DNA of 64,000 bases from an uncultured Nitrospiraceae bacterium (GCA_963727775.1 CAVSHB010000001.1:640001-704000); one strand, 5' to 3'. Counted from the first letter of the stretch, positions 16,530 to 26,452 are shown. A program made the numbers and translations. Notes: generated by a model not told the origin, from the sequence alone.

Positions 16530-18506
16530 ATGCTGGGAGATAGATCAAAAAAAGCTCAGGTCATTTTCCTCATAGGAATTTTCATTACGGGGTTACTGGC
16601 ATTTTTAATGGTCATAAAATTTCGTCCCCTTGAAAGTCTCGAAGGCATGATGTACGACCTGAGATTCAGACTTATGGGGAATACGCCGCCTCCTGAAAAT
16701 ATTGTTATCGCTGCGATAGACGATAAAAGCATCGAAAGACTCGGGAGATGGCCGTGGAGCAGAGATAAGATTGCCCGGCTTATCACAAAGCTGACTGAAG
16801 CAGGGGCAGAGTTGATTGTATTTGATGTATTCATGACCGAAAAAGAAGAACACGATCCGGTCTTCGTTAAGACCGTGAGAGATGCGGGAAACGTTTTGCT
16901 TCCCCTTGTCTTTTACTTTGACAGGAGGACGGATACCAAAGAGAGCGAGCCTTTGTTGAACGCTGCGTTTCATTCAATTAAGGACGCCGAGAAGTTTAAC
17001 AGATATGCTCCCCTGAGTGTTAAGGGTGTTCTTGCCCCTTTGCCGGAACTCATCCGGGAATCTATGTCGCTCGGACATATCAATATGGTCCCGGACAGAG
17101 ACGGAATTCTCCGGTGGGAAATGATGGCCCTTGAATATCATGGATACCTGTATCCATCCCTGGACGCCCAGACAGCAGCAGTTTATCTTGCAATACCACA
17201 TGAGAAAGTAAGTGTTCATGCCACTGAAGGGATACAATTAGGGTCTAAACGATATATCCCGACTGATGAATATGGCAGGAGCCTGATTTTCTATTATGGA
17301 CCGTCAGGTACATTCAGGCAATTTTCAATTGCCGATATAATGGAAGACAAAATACCGTCCGGATTCCTGCAGGGTAAAATCGTGCTTATCGGTGCAACGG
17401 CGCTGGGGATTTATGATCTCAGGGTGACGCCTTTTTCCGAGGTCATGGCCGGAGTCGAAAAGCATGCAAATGTTATTGCTTCCGTCATCGAAAACAGGTT
17501 CCTCAGGAAAGCTCCCTTCTATGTAAACCTCATTATACTTCTGCTCTCCGGGTTTATTCTCTCTATTACAGTAGGAAGATTTAAGTCCGGCATTTCGTTC
17601 ATCATCTCCTTTATTATGACTTTATTTCTAATAACGCTTAGTTACTGGTTGTTTGCCGGAAAGGGTATTTGGATAAATGTCGGATATCCGGTCATTACCG
17701 TGTTGCTTGTATTTGTAAACGGGACAGCCTATAGCTATGCTGCCGAGGAGACATATGCAAGGAAAATACGTACCATGTTTTCAAGCTATGTAACAGAGAG
17801 GGTCGTTGATGAACTAATCAAGAACCCGGGTATGGCAAAACTCGGAGGCGAGAGAACAGAGGTGACCATTCTTTTCTCGGATGTGAGGGGGTTTACAGCT
17901 TTTTCTGAAAACCATTCGCCTGAAGAAGTCGTTACAATCCTCAATGAGTATCTCGGGGCCATGACAGAGATCATATTTAAGTGGGAGGGCACACTCGACA
18001 AGTTTATAGGGGACGCTATCCTGGCCTTTTGGGGTGCTCCAATGAAGCAGGATAACCATGCTGATCTCGCTGTAAAATGTGCGCTGAACATGGTAAAAAA
18101 ACTCGATGAACTGCAGCAGAAGTGGATTTCTGAGGGGAAGCCTGCCCTTAATGCCGGGATAGGAATAAATACCGGCGAAGTGATCGTGGGCAATATCGGG
18201 GTAGAAGGTAAGAAAATGGACTATACGATTATCGGAGACCATGTGAACCTTGCGTCAAGAGTTGAGTCGTTGACGAAAAAGTACAATGCCGCTCTTCTAT
18301 TAACGGAATTTACTTTAAATAAAATAAAGGGGGCCATAGTTGGGGGAAGAATAAGCCATGTAGAGGCGACAGGACTGGAGAGGGTCATCGTAAAAGGCAA
18401 GGAAAAAGCGGTTGCTATTTATGAAGCCAAGTCGCTCGAACACGGCGGTCAAAGCAGGATTGTTGAATGTGAGGAAGGGAAAATAGTGCGCCACAAAGAA
18501 AAATAG
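16530..18506 (+). CDS. CHASE2-domain class III adenylate cyclase
   Basis: GRWPWSR and GVEKHAN CHASE2 motifs, 3 TM helices, LFSDVRGFT, DKFIGDA, DYTIIGDHVNLASR. Confidence 0.95.
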   Translation: MLGDRSKKAQVIFLIGIFITGLLAFLMVIKFRPLESLEGMMYDLRFRLMGNTPPPENIVIAAIDDKSIERLGRWPWSRDKIARLITKLTEAGAELIVFDVFMTEKEEHDPVFVKTVRDAGNVLLPLVFYFDRRTDTKESEPLLNAAFHSIKDAEKFNRYAPLSVKGVLAPLPELIRESMSLGHINMVPDRDGILRWEMMALEYHGYLYPSLDAQTAAVYLAIPHEKVSVHATEGIQLGSKRYIPTDEYGRSLIFYYGPSGTFRQFSIADIMEDKIPSGFLQGKIVLIGATALGIYDLRVTPFSEVMAGVEKHANVIASVIENRFLRKAPFYVNLIILLLSGFILSITVGRFKSGISFIISFIMTLFLITLSYWLFAGKGIWINVGYPVITVLLVFVNGTAYSYAAEETYARKIRTMFSSYVTERVVDELIKNPGMAKLGGERTEVTILFSDVRGFTAFSENHSPEEVVTILNEYLGAMTEIIFKWEGTLDKFIGDAILAFWGAPMKQDNHADLAVKCALNMVKKLDELQQKWISEGKPALNAGIGINTGEVIVGNIGVEGKKMDYTIIGDHVNLASRVESLTKKYNAALLLTEFTLNKIKGAIVGGRISHVEATGLERVIVKGKEKAVAIYEAKSLEHGGQSRIVECEEGKIVRHKEK

Positions 18507-18556
18507 TGGGCCCGGAAAATCCGGTTGACGGTTATGTCACCGGTTCTATGAGTTAA

Positions 18557-18714
18557 CCCACTTAATTCATAAAATATACGGGTGCCGACAAATACAGTAT
18601 TTACGCTCATTCTCGGCCCGGTACAAATCGGGCCTCCGAGGCAAATTCTTTCTTCGAAAGAATTTAAAACCGCTTAAATACTGCATCTGTCGGCAATCTT
18701 ATGAATAGTGCGGG
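18557..18714 (+). mobile_element. 158-bp MITE-like structured repeat, copy 1
   Basis: Near-identical to 27052-27209 (reverse) and 31989-31997+32601-32749; imperfect terminal IRs; TTAA on both sides. Confidence 0.85.
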
Positions 18715-18728
18715 TTAAAATAGCAGGC

Positions 18729-19226
18729 ATGAGAATACGACTCGCATTCGGGTTCATCGTTTATTTTATCGGAACCTGTTTGCACGAACTAACGCATTAT
18801 GTTGCAGCCCTCCTATTGGGGAAGGCTGAAGGTTTTTCGGTAATCCCCAGGACGGAAGGGAACCGATTTGTACTCGGCAGTGTAAGGTATAGGGTCAGAT
18901 ATAAGTTCCTGTCATCTTTTATAGCCGTAGCCCCTCTCGCCTGGTGGGCAATCCTGTTCCTGATATTGCTTTATCTCCATATCATCCGGCTGCGCAATGG
19001 CATACCAATAATCGGTTATGAACTGATCGCGAAAAAGCTCAGGTCCTTTTCCTTTTCAGATGCTTTTTACCTGTGGGTATTTATGCAAATGGTGTGGGCT
19101 GGGCACCTCTCCGTGCAAGATACAAAAAATGTTTTTAGAGGAATATTCTCTGTCTCGGGACTGGTTTTTCTGTCAGTAGTGATAATCCTGTTCTATCTGT
19201 TTCGGTACTTTATCTTGAATTTTTAA
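18729..19226 (+). CDS. Membrane protein with HExxH motif (putative zinc metalloprotease)
   Basis: LHELTHY, AVAPL, several TM segments; the upstream GTG at 18708 lies inside the MITE. Confidence 0.7.
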   Translation: MRIRLAFGFIVYFIGTCLHELTHYVAALLLGKAEGFSVIPRTEGNRFVLGSVRYRVRYKFLSSFIAVAPLAWWAILFLILLYLHIIRLRNGIPIIGYELIAKKLRSFSFSDAFYLWVFMQMVWAGHLSVQDTKNVFRGIFSVSGLVFLSVVIILFYLFRYFILNF

Positions 19227-19557
19227 AGCAATAATGACAGTGTGTCAGGGTCATGGTTCCATTAGATCGGGCATCTTGCCTTGTTTGCTAAGCTCCCTGT
19301 TGCCGAGGTTTTCATTAATTTCAATAAGTTATATCTTGGTATTCTTCTTGCTCTTAAAAATGCCGGAGGGGGTGAAAAACGGGCAAAAATATTACGTTGT
19401 ACTGACATGGGAGTTAGATGCGATTAGGTCGGTCGCAAAGGAGCGCTTGCTGCAGCAGTAAAAAAGGTTTGGTTTTGAGAAAACTTTGAGTGGATCTAAA
19501 TTCAAACATTTTGTGTCTTGTAAACAACTTAAATTATTAAGTCAAAGGAGATTCAGC

Positions 19558-20133
19558 ATGAAAAAAGCATTTTTGTTGATTACGATTACCATATTGCCGG
19601 CGCTCATGCTGCCCGGACTTATCGCCGGCGGTATCGTCTTATTAGGTTGCATAGGAAAGTCGGATGGGTCCCACAGCTTATCGGCGCCGGTCCCGATTAA
19701 GGTCTATTCCGTTGAAAAAGGGGGCTACATCATGAGTGAAACTGTTAATAAGAGCAATGAAGAGTGGAAAAAACAGCTGACACCCGAACAGTATCACATC
19801 CTGCGGGAAAAAGGGACTGAACGGGCGTTTTCCGGAAAATACGCCGACTTTCACGAACATGGTATTTACCAGTGCGCGGCCTGCGGGCTTGACCTGTTCA
19901 GGTCGGAAGACAAATACGAGTCCGGCACCGGATGGCCGAGCTTCACGGCGCCGATAGCCGCGGAAAACATCATCACCAAACCGGACAAGAGCTTATTCAC
20001 CAGTCGCACAGAAGTTCTCTGCCGCCGTTGCGGCGGCCATCTCGGCCATGTTTTTGACGATGGTCCCAAACCGACAGGGCTGCGCTACTGTATGAATTCG
20101 GCTGCCCTGCAATTCGCGGCAACAAAGAAATGA
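19558..20133 (+). CDS. msrB: Peptide-methionine (R)-S-oxide reductase with N-terminal export signal
   Basis: [31 protein letters not shown]. Confidence 0.95.
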   Translation: MKKAFLLITITILPALMLPGLIAGGIVLLGCIGKSDGSHSLSAPVPIKVYSVEKGGYIMSETVNKSNEEWKKQLTPEQYHILREKGTERAFSGKYADFHEHGIYQCAACGLDLFRSEDKYESGTGWPSFTAPIAAENIITKPDKSLFTSRTEVLCRRCGGHLGHVFDDGPKPTGLRYCMNSAALQFAATKK

Positions 20134-20157
20134 GCGGATTGTCAGAGAGGAGGCATA

Positions 20158-20766
20158 ATGAAAATGTTTATTACTGCGATGTTGGGACTTTCAGTCTTCC
20201 TCATCGTAAACACCACTGTCATGGCTGCACCTAATCTTGAAAAGGCGACCTTTGCGGGAGGCTGCTTCTGGTGTATGGAGCACCCCTTCGATGAGATTCC
20301 CGGCGTAGTTTCGGTAACATCCGGATACACCGGCGGGTGGAAAAAGAATCCTACGTACGAAGAGGTCTCAGCCGGAGGAACGGGGCATGCCGAGTCAGTC
20401 CAGGTCATTTATGATCCGGCAAGAGTCACGTACGAAAAGCTCCTGAACGTCTTTTGGCATAACATCGACCCGACCGCTAAGGACCGGCAGTTCTGTGATT
20501 CCGGGCATCAGTATCGAAGTGCAATTTTTTATCATAATGAGGGACAGCACCGGCTGGCGCTGCAGTCGAAGACACTATTGGAAAAGAACAAGACCATCAA
20601 AGAACCTATCGTAACCGAGATTGTGCAGGCCACTGAGTTCTACCCGGCAGAGGATTACCACCAGCACTATTACAAGAAGAACCCGATCCGTTACAAATAC
20701 TACCGTTTTAGATGCGGTCGTGACCAAAGGCTTAAGGAACTGTGGGGCAATGCGGCGGGTCATTGA
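20158..20766 (+). CDS. msrA: Peptide-methionine (S)-S-oxide reductase with signal peptide
   Basis: GGCFWC, AEDYHQHYY. Confidence 0.96.
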   Translation: MKMFITAMLGLSVFLIVNTTVMAAPNLEKATFAGGCFWCMEHPFDEIPGVVSVTSGYTGGWKKNPTYEEVSAGGTGHAESVQVIYDPARVTYEKLLNVFWHNIDPTAKDRQFCDSGHQYRSAIFYHNEGQHRLALQSKTLLEKNKTIKEPIVTEIVQATEFYPAEDYHQHYYKKNPIRYKYYRFRCGRDQRLKELWGNAAGH

Positions 20767-20800
20767 CAGAGGGTGATTAGATTCAACTCTTAGTACGATA

Positions 20801-20860
20801 ATCCCGGACAAGCCGGAATGACATCTTTGATACCTCGCAGCTCTGTTAGGGGCTTGTTCA
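20801..20860 (+). repeat. REP-like half repeat plus decayed IS200 right-end-like sequence
   Basis: gatacctcgcagctctgttaggggcttgttca resembles gataccccgccgtctctgcggcggggcggttca at 32568-32600. Confidence 0.5.
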
Positions 20861-20870
20861 ATCCGTTGTT

Positions 20871-21230
20871 TTACATGCCCGGTTTCGACTGCCAGAGTCC
20901 AGAAGCCGCACCGGTCGGATCGACAATCACACTGAACCACCCCATGTCCGGAACCTCGGTGACATCCTTGGCAATGGCAGCTCCGAGCGACTTCGTTTTC
21001 TTTGTTGATGCCGCGACATCGTTTACCAGGATGTATGGAAGCCAGTTGTCGGGACCGCCCGGCATCGGGTTCTTCATAATCCCTCCGCCCGTGCCTTCTC
21101 CGACATTGATTATCGTGTACTCCATTCCCGGAAGTTCTTCCATCTTCCAGTCGAACATGCCTGCGTAGAACTTCTTTGACTTGTCCACGTCTTGTGTATG
21201 CAATTCAATGTGAACAAATGGATTTGCCAT
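20871..21230 (-). CDS. VOC/glyoxalase family protein
   Basis: PFVHIEL, WLPYILVNDV, DPTGA; SD aggagg upstream. Confidence 0.9.
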   Translation of the reverse strand: MANPFVHIELHTQDVDKSKKFYAGMFDWKMEELPGMEYTIINVGEGTGGGIMKNPMPGGPDNWLPYILVNDVAASTKKTKSLGAAIAKDVTEVPDMGWFSVIVDPTGAASGLWQSKPGM

Positions 21231-21291
21231 GTTGCACCTCCTCAAGTATTTATATTTCTGAGTATAGCAGGTACATGCCGCCCATCAAGTG

Positions 21292-21321
21292 GGTAGGGGC
21301 ACGTTGCAACGTGCCCCTACC
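21292..21321. repeat. Perfect 30-bp palindrome, GTAG-type REP
   Basis: ggtaggggcacgttgcaacgtgcccctacc. Confidence 0.8.
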
Positions 21322-21377
21322 TATCTTGATTGATTTGTCTTCTTGAGAATTTCTTTTGCACATGATATTCTTCGCTT

Positions 21378-22286
21378 ATGCTGAAGAAACAGATTCCTTC
21401 CACTAATCTGCAATTCATAAAAAAGATCAGCGCATTGTTTCTGATCGTGGTTGCTGCTGCATCGCTCACCGGCTGCATCACCTTTCTGACCGAAATCAAA
21501 GTCCGGGGTGACGGCAGCGGGACGATGGTGCAGACGATAACCCTGAACCCGGAGCAGATGAAGGAATCGATGGCAGGCATTGCGAAACAGATGGGCGCGC
21601 CAGTCGAATCAAAAACAAAAGATTTGAAAAATGACTCGCCGAAGGTATCAAAGGAGAGACCGTTCAAGGAAGCTGACCTCAAGGGCAAGGCCGCAGATAT
21701 GGGCCCGGGGGTAACATTTGTGTCCGCGGAAACGATTGACACGAAGACGGTAGCCGGAGTCCGTGTGACCTACGCCTTTAAGGACATCAATCAATTAGCT
21801 GTCAACCCAAAGCCGGCTGCGGCGATGGGGACGGTTGCCGCCGGAGCTTCTGCACAGGAAGCCGTGAAGTTCCGGTTCAACCGCCTGCCGAACGGCAACG
21901 CAGTTCTCACAATCATCCTTGCCCAGGCCAAGCCGGAGACCAAGGAACAAGCCGCCACACCGCCGCCTCCGGCTTCTCCGGAAGAATCGGCCCAGCAGAC
22001 GGCACTAATAAGGCAGATGTTCAGAGGTCTCCACATGGGACTGTCTGTTGATGTGGAGGGCAAAGTTGTTAAGACGAACAGCCCGTATGTCGAAGGATCG
22101 AAGGTCACGCTGATGGACATCGACTTCGACCCGCTTTTCTCCGAGGAGGAGGGTTTCAAGGCGTTGAGCGCGAAGCTGGAGAAAGTGACGGGAGACGATC
22201 GGAAGACGATGGAGATTCTCAAGGGAGTTAAGGGCCTTAAGATCGTGACGGACCCGGAAGTCTCGATCGAGTTCACCCCGAAATAG
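21378..22286 (+). CDS. Lipoprotein of unknown function
   Basis: Lipobox LTGC after a hydrophobic stretch; DGSGT motif. Confidence 0.8.
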   Translation: MLKKQIPSTNLQFIKKISALFLIVVAAASLTGCITFLTEIKVRGDGSGTMVQTITLNPEQMKESMAGIAKQMGAPVESKTKDLKNDSPKVSKERPFKEADLKGKAADMGPGVTFVSAETIDTKTVAGVRVTYAFKDINQLAVNPKPAAAMGTVAAGASAQEAVKFRFNRLPNGNAVLTIILAQAKPETKEQAATPPPPASPEESAQQTALIRQMFRGLHMGLSVDVEGKVVKTNSPYVEGSKVTLMDIDFDPLFSEEEGFKALSAKLEKVTGDDRKTMEILKGVKGLKIVTDPEVSIEFTPK

Positions 22287-22423
22287 AGTTCACCGTAATA
22301 CCTGACCCCGTTGACGTCTTTTGAATACATAGTCCTCAAGCCGTAGAGCATTGGTGAGCCCCCATGCCTTGAAAGATGCCTTGAAAGATGTCATTCTATA
22401 GACAGAAGGAAACTGTGTAAGGA

Positions 22424-23332
22424 ATGATACTCAACCATGGCCCTAATATCAACATATTATTAATCGAGGATAACCCGGCTGACGCAAGGCTCATCAAAGA
22501 AATGCTTGAAGATGATGGGGGCTGCAGTTTCACGATTGAAAACGTGAAACTGCTCTCAAACGGCTTGAAATGTCTTAAAGAGAAAAAATTTGATGTGCTT
22601 CTTCTGGATCTTGGATTGCCGGACAGTACAGGAAATGAGACAATCGGAAGTGTTCTAAATCTTAAATCCGGAGTGCCTATCGTAGTGTTAACGGGTTATG
22701 CAGATGAAACGTTGGGGATTGAAGCAGTGAAAGAGGGTGCACAGGATTACCTTGTAAAAGGCCGCGTTGACCGCCAACTTCTTATGCGGTCGATTCATTA
22801 TGCTATTGAACGTCAAAAGCTTTTATTAGAACTGCATAACCAGTCACTGACAGATTTTCTCACCGGCCTGAATAACAGGCGAGGCTTCTTTTCGCTGGCT
22901 GAGCAGCAGGCCAAGGTGGCGAAAAGAGAAAAAAAAGGGCTGTTGCTCATTATGATTGATATTGATGACTTTAAAAAAATCAACGATACCTTCGGCCACG
23001 GAACAGGCGATCATGTATTGGTTGAGACAGCGCGGCTATTGAGGGAGACTTTCCGTGATTCTGATATTATAGGCCGAATCGGCGGTGATGAATTTGCAAT
23101 CTGCGTGTTGGAAGATGACACTGTCAATGAAGACATTCTTACGGCAAGGCTGCAGGAAAACCTTAAGGAACTTAACAGTAAAAAAACGCTCCCCTGCGGT
23201 CTTTCTTTCAGCGCGGGTTTCGCCAGATGTTCTGTAGAAGCGCCTCGTTCTCTTGAAGAATTGGTATCGGCGGCAGACAAATCAATGTATGAACGGAAAA
23301 AGAACTACAAGAGTCAACTAAGCAATTATTGA
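22424..23332 (+). CDS. Response regulator diguanylate cyclase (REC-GGDEF)
   Basis: LLIEDN, LLDLGLPD, GAQDYLVK; RDSD I-site; GGDEF. Confidence 0.95.
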   Translation: MILNHGPNINILLIEDNPADARLIKEMLEDDGGCSFTIENVKLLSNGLKCLKEKKFDVLLLDLGLPDSTGNETIGSVLNLKSGVPIVVLTGYADETLGIEAVKEGAQDYLVKGRVDRQLLMRSIHYAIERQKLLLELHNQSLTDFLTGLNNRRGFFSLAEQQAKVAKREKKGLLLIMIDIDDFKKINDTFGHGTGDHVLVETARLLRETFRDSDIIGRIGGDEFAICVLEDDTVNEDILTARLQENLKELNSKKTLPCGLSFSAGFARCSVEAPRSLEELVSAADKSMYERKKNYKSQLSNY

Positions 23333-23404
23333 GTTTCGCATTCTTCATGTTCTTTCCTTGCAGTATATTCCCTGTGTATCTTCTTTATATCGGAAGTAGT
23401 CCGC

Positions 23405-23821
23405 TTACTCTCCGATAATCTTGATAAGTACTCTCTTTTTCCTGCGACCGTCAAATTCTCCGTAAAAAATCTGTTCCCAGGGACCAAAATCAAGCTTTCC
23501 GTTGGTGACGGCAACAACGACCTCTCTTCCCATGATCTGTCTCTTCAGGTGGGCATCGGCATTGTCTTCACCCACATTATGGCGGTACTGCTTCACCGGC
23601 TCATGGGGAGCCAGTTTTTCAAGCCAGACATCAAAGTCGTGATGGAGTCCCGGCTCGTCGTCATTGATGAAAACAGACGCCGTTATGTGCATGGCGTTGC
23701 AAAGCACAAGGCCTTCTTTGACACCGCTCTCCTTAAGACATTCCTCTATTTGAGACGTGATATTAATAAATGCTCTGCGGGTTGGGACACTAAACCAAAG
23801 CTCTTTCCTATAGGTTTTCAT
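23405..23821 (-). CDS. yjbQ: YjbQ family protein (UPF0047)
   Basis: [23 protein letters not shown]. Confidence 0.92.
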   Translation of the reverse strand: MKTYRKELWFSVPTRRAFINITSQIEECLKESGVKEGLVLCNAMHITASVFINDDEPGLHHDFDVWLEKLAPHEPVKQYRHNVGEDNADAHLKRQIMGREVVVAVTNGKLDFGPWEQIFYGEFDGRRKKRVLIKIIGE

Positions 23822-24001
23822 CTATATAACCTCCTGAATATTGGATTTCTCACGGCTTTACGGAAAAAGTTATCCTAATCAATAGTATTAACATAATAGC
23901 ATGGAAGTCGCGACGGCGCACCCATCCGGATCGGAGTCCGGAAGATATTGCTTTTCAGTGTGCTGAACAGCTCGTGAGCAATTCAGGCCAAGAGCCCCAG
24001 A

Positions 24002-24051
24002 ATCGTGACGGATCCGGAAGTCTCGAACGAGTTCGCTCCGAAATAGAGTTC
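24002..24051 (+). repeat. Orphan copy of the 3' end of the lipoprotein gene (22242-22291)
   Basis: 46/50 nt identical, including the stop codon. Confidence 0.9.
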
Positions 24052-24239
24052 CCCCCCCAAAAGGTATTTGCCTTGACCCGTAACGAGATTATGAACCTAT
24101 CACAAATTGTGACAGGATCCCACATATGAAGCATGGCCTGCGCAATTTTTGCACTGAGCATATCTCAAAGGCTTTTTCTATATCGCCGGCTCAAATATGC
24201 ATCCTTGCGGCATGACTACGAAAAAGCATAAAATAGCCA

Positions 24240-24974
24240 ATGGAACCGATCATAAAAAATCTTGACGAGAGGGTGGCGAAGGCGGTTTCTCATTACTGGT
24301 TGACCCGTGAAAATCAAGCCAGAAAACAAGAAGGCTCGGGACGTGCGGATCAGGGGCTGAGAAGTGCTGTTACAGGCGGCGCACAGATGGATGGCTTCAT
24401 TGGCTTGTTGACTGAAATAATAGTTGATGCAGGGATAGATAAGCAGCATGTTTTTCATAATAAAAATCTTGAACTCCCCGGCTTTTTCAGACCCACAAAA
24501 GAATGGGACCTCCTGGTAATCAAAGATGGTCAGTTGCTCGTCGCTCTCGAAGCAAAATCACAGGTAGGCCCTTCTTTCGGCAACAATTTCAATAACAGAA
24601 CAGAGGAAGCCATGGGCAGTGCACTGGACCTCTGGACAGCATACAGAGAGGGCGCTTTTAATAAAACAATACGACCCTGGCTCGGGTATATCTTCCTGCT
24701 CGAAGACTGCAAACAATCGCAAAACGCGGTAAGAGTGAAAGAACCCCATTTCAGTGTCTTTGAGGAATTCAGGGGCGCATCATATGCGAAAAGATATGAG
24801 CTTTTCTGCAGGAAGCTTGTAAGGGAACGACACTACAATGCCTCGGCCTTTCTTCTCAGCGACAGGAAAGCCGGTCAAGAGGGCGCTTTCAGAGAACCTG
24901 CTGAAGACCTCACAATCGAGCTTTACATGCGGTCACTCGTGGCGCACGTTGCTGCATTTGGCAAAGGCCGTTGA
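24240..24974 (+). CDS. PaeR7I/XhoI-family type II restriction endonuclease
   Basis: LPGFFRPTKEWD, EAKSQVGPSFGNNFNNRTEEA. Confidence 0.9.
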   Translation: MEPIIKNLDERVAKAVSHYWLTRENQARKQEGSGRADQGLRSAVTGGAQMDGFIGLLTEIIVDAGIDKQHVFHNKNLELPGFFRPTKEWDLLVIKDGQLLVALEAKSQVGPSFGNNFNNRTEEAMGSALDLWTAYREGAFNKTIRPWLGYIFLLEDCKQSQNAVRVKEPHFSVFEEFRGASYAKRYELFCRKLVRERHYNASAFLLSDRKAGQEGAFREPAEDLTIELYMRSLVAHVAAFGKGR

Positions 24975-25936
24975 TGCTCACCGAGCTAAAAAATGAGAAT
25001 CAAACCACATCGCATCGCCTTATCCATGGCGATAACCGCACCCTGTCCTTTATTGCTGATGAATCCGTACACCTTGTTGTCACTTCTCCGCCTTACTGGT
25101 CACTGAAGAGATACAATGAACACCCCGACCAGCTTGGGCACATCGCTGATTATGAGATTTTCCTCTCGGAACTGTCGAAAGTCTGGAAAGAAGCCTATCG
25201 CGTCCTTGTCCCCGGCGGCAGGCTTGTCTGTGTTGTGGGGGACGTCTGCTTGTCCCGAAGGGAGTACGGAAGGCATCTCGTAATGCCGCTCCACTCGGAT
25301 ATATCTGTCATATGCCGTAAACTCGGTTTCGACAATCTCAATCCGATCATCTGGCACAAGATTTCGAATGCGTCGTTCGAGGCAAACGACGGCACAAAGT
25401 TCTTGGGGAAGCCGTATGAACCCAACGCAATCATAAAGAACGATATAGAATTCCTCCTGATGCAACGGAAGCCTGGGGGCTACAGAAAGCCGACGCAGGA
25501 GCAGCGCAGGTTAAGCATGATCGGCAAGGAAGACTATAACGAGTGGTTCAGACAGTTTTGGAACATTACCGGCGCGTCCACAAAAAATCATCCGGCCCCC
25601 TTTCCCTTTGAGCTTGCATACCGGCTTGTGAGGATGTTTTCCTTCTGGGGTGATACCGTGCTCGACCCTTTTTGCGGAACCGGAACAACCATGCTCGCCG
25701 CCTTAAAGTGTGGAAGAAATAGCATTGGTGTGGAGATCGACGGCGAATATTGCCGCATGGCGCTCCACCGCCTCAGGACCGAAGGTCACGATTTGCTTCG
25801 TGAAGCCGAAATTGAATTTTCGACGATGGGCGACAACGGAGGCAACCTGTTTGTTCAGAAAGAGTCTGTAGTTTATGGGGGAACAAAGAGGAAGAAGACA
25901 GCAAGGATGAAGGGCGGCAGTCGCAAGGGACGTTGA
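24971..25936 (+). CDS. Beta-class N4/N6 DNA methyltransferase
   Basis: TSPPY precedes HPAPFP and DPFCGTGTT; overlaps the REase stop. Confidence 0.92.
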   Translation: MMLTELKNENQTTSHRLIHGDNRTLSFIADESVHLVVTSPPYWSLKRYNEHPDQLGHIADYEIFLSELSKVWKEAYRVLVPGGRLVCVVGDVCLSRREYGRHLVMPLHSDISVICRKLGFDNLNPIIWHKISNASFEANDGTKFLGKPYEPNAIIKNDIEFLLMQRKPGGYRKPTQEQRRLSMIGKEDYNEWFRQFWNITGASTKNHPAPFPFELAYRLVRMFSFWGDTVLDPFCGTGTTMLAALKCGRNSIGVEIDGEYCRMALHRLRTEGHDLLREAEIEFSTMGDNGGNLFVQKESVVYGGTKRKKTARMKGGSRKGR

Positions 25937-25963
25937 TGAATCAGTCAACTTGACACCTATTAC

Positions 25964-26080
25964 ATCGAGGACATGGAGAATAAATATGACCATCAGTCCA
26001 AGATCATCTTTGCTGCGATAAAGCAGTTGCTGGTGCCTCCAGCGGAGGCGATAGGATTTCGATGGGGAAAGGATGTGTAG
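25964..26080 (+). pseudogene. 3' fragment of an ORF6N-type DNA-binding protein gene
   Basis: Translates MENKYDHQSKIIFAAIKQLLVPP..IGFR, resembling the typical ORF6N C-terminus. Confidence 0.6.
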
Positions 26081-26212
26081 CAAATCCGCCTGTATTCGGG
26101 CAGTCTTCAGCCTGTACCATAATGGCTGGGGGGAAAAAGCAATTCACGCAGGACGCACATGGGGTCTGGCTTGACTATTGACTTATAACGATTGCAGTTA
26201 GATCACATCACC

Positions 26213-26452
26213 ATGAAGAAAAAGGCTATCAAGGCTAAGGAAATTGAAAAGAAATTTGATGAAGGCGAGGACATTTCCAAGTATCTCGATCTGTCAAAAG
26301 CAAGGAGACCCGAGCAAGAACAGAAAAGAGTAAATGTGGATTTCCCTTTGTGGATGATCCATTTATTGGATAAAGAGACAAGACGCTTGGGCGTACCTCG
26401 ACAATCCATCATCAAAGTCTGGGTGGCAGAGCGTCTTGAAAAGGCATCTTGA
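26213..26452 (+). CDS. brnA: BrnA/CopG-like antitoxin, orphan
   Basis: KKFDEGEDI, KRVNVDFPLWM, RQSIIKVW; no BrnT gene adjacent. Confidence 0.8.
   Translation: MKKKAIKAKEIEKKFDEGEDISKYLDLSKARRPEQEQKRVNVDFPLWMIHLLDKETRRLGVPRQSIIKVWVAERLEKAS

Noticed and set aside
19234..19461. 75-aa ORF and the many short antisense ORFs in the track
   Set aside because: No motifs or ribosome-binding sites; most overlap well-supported genes on the other strand.
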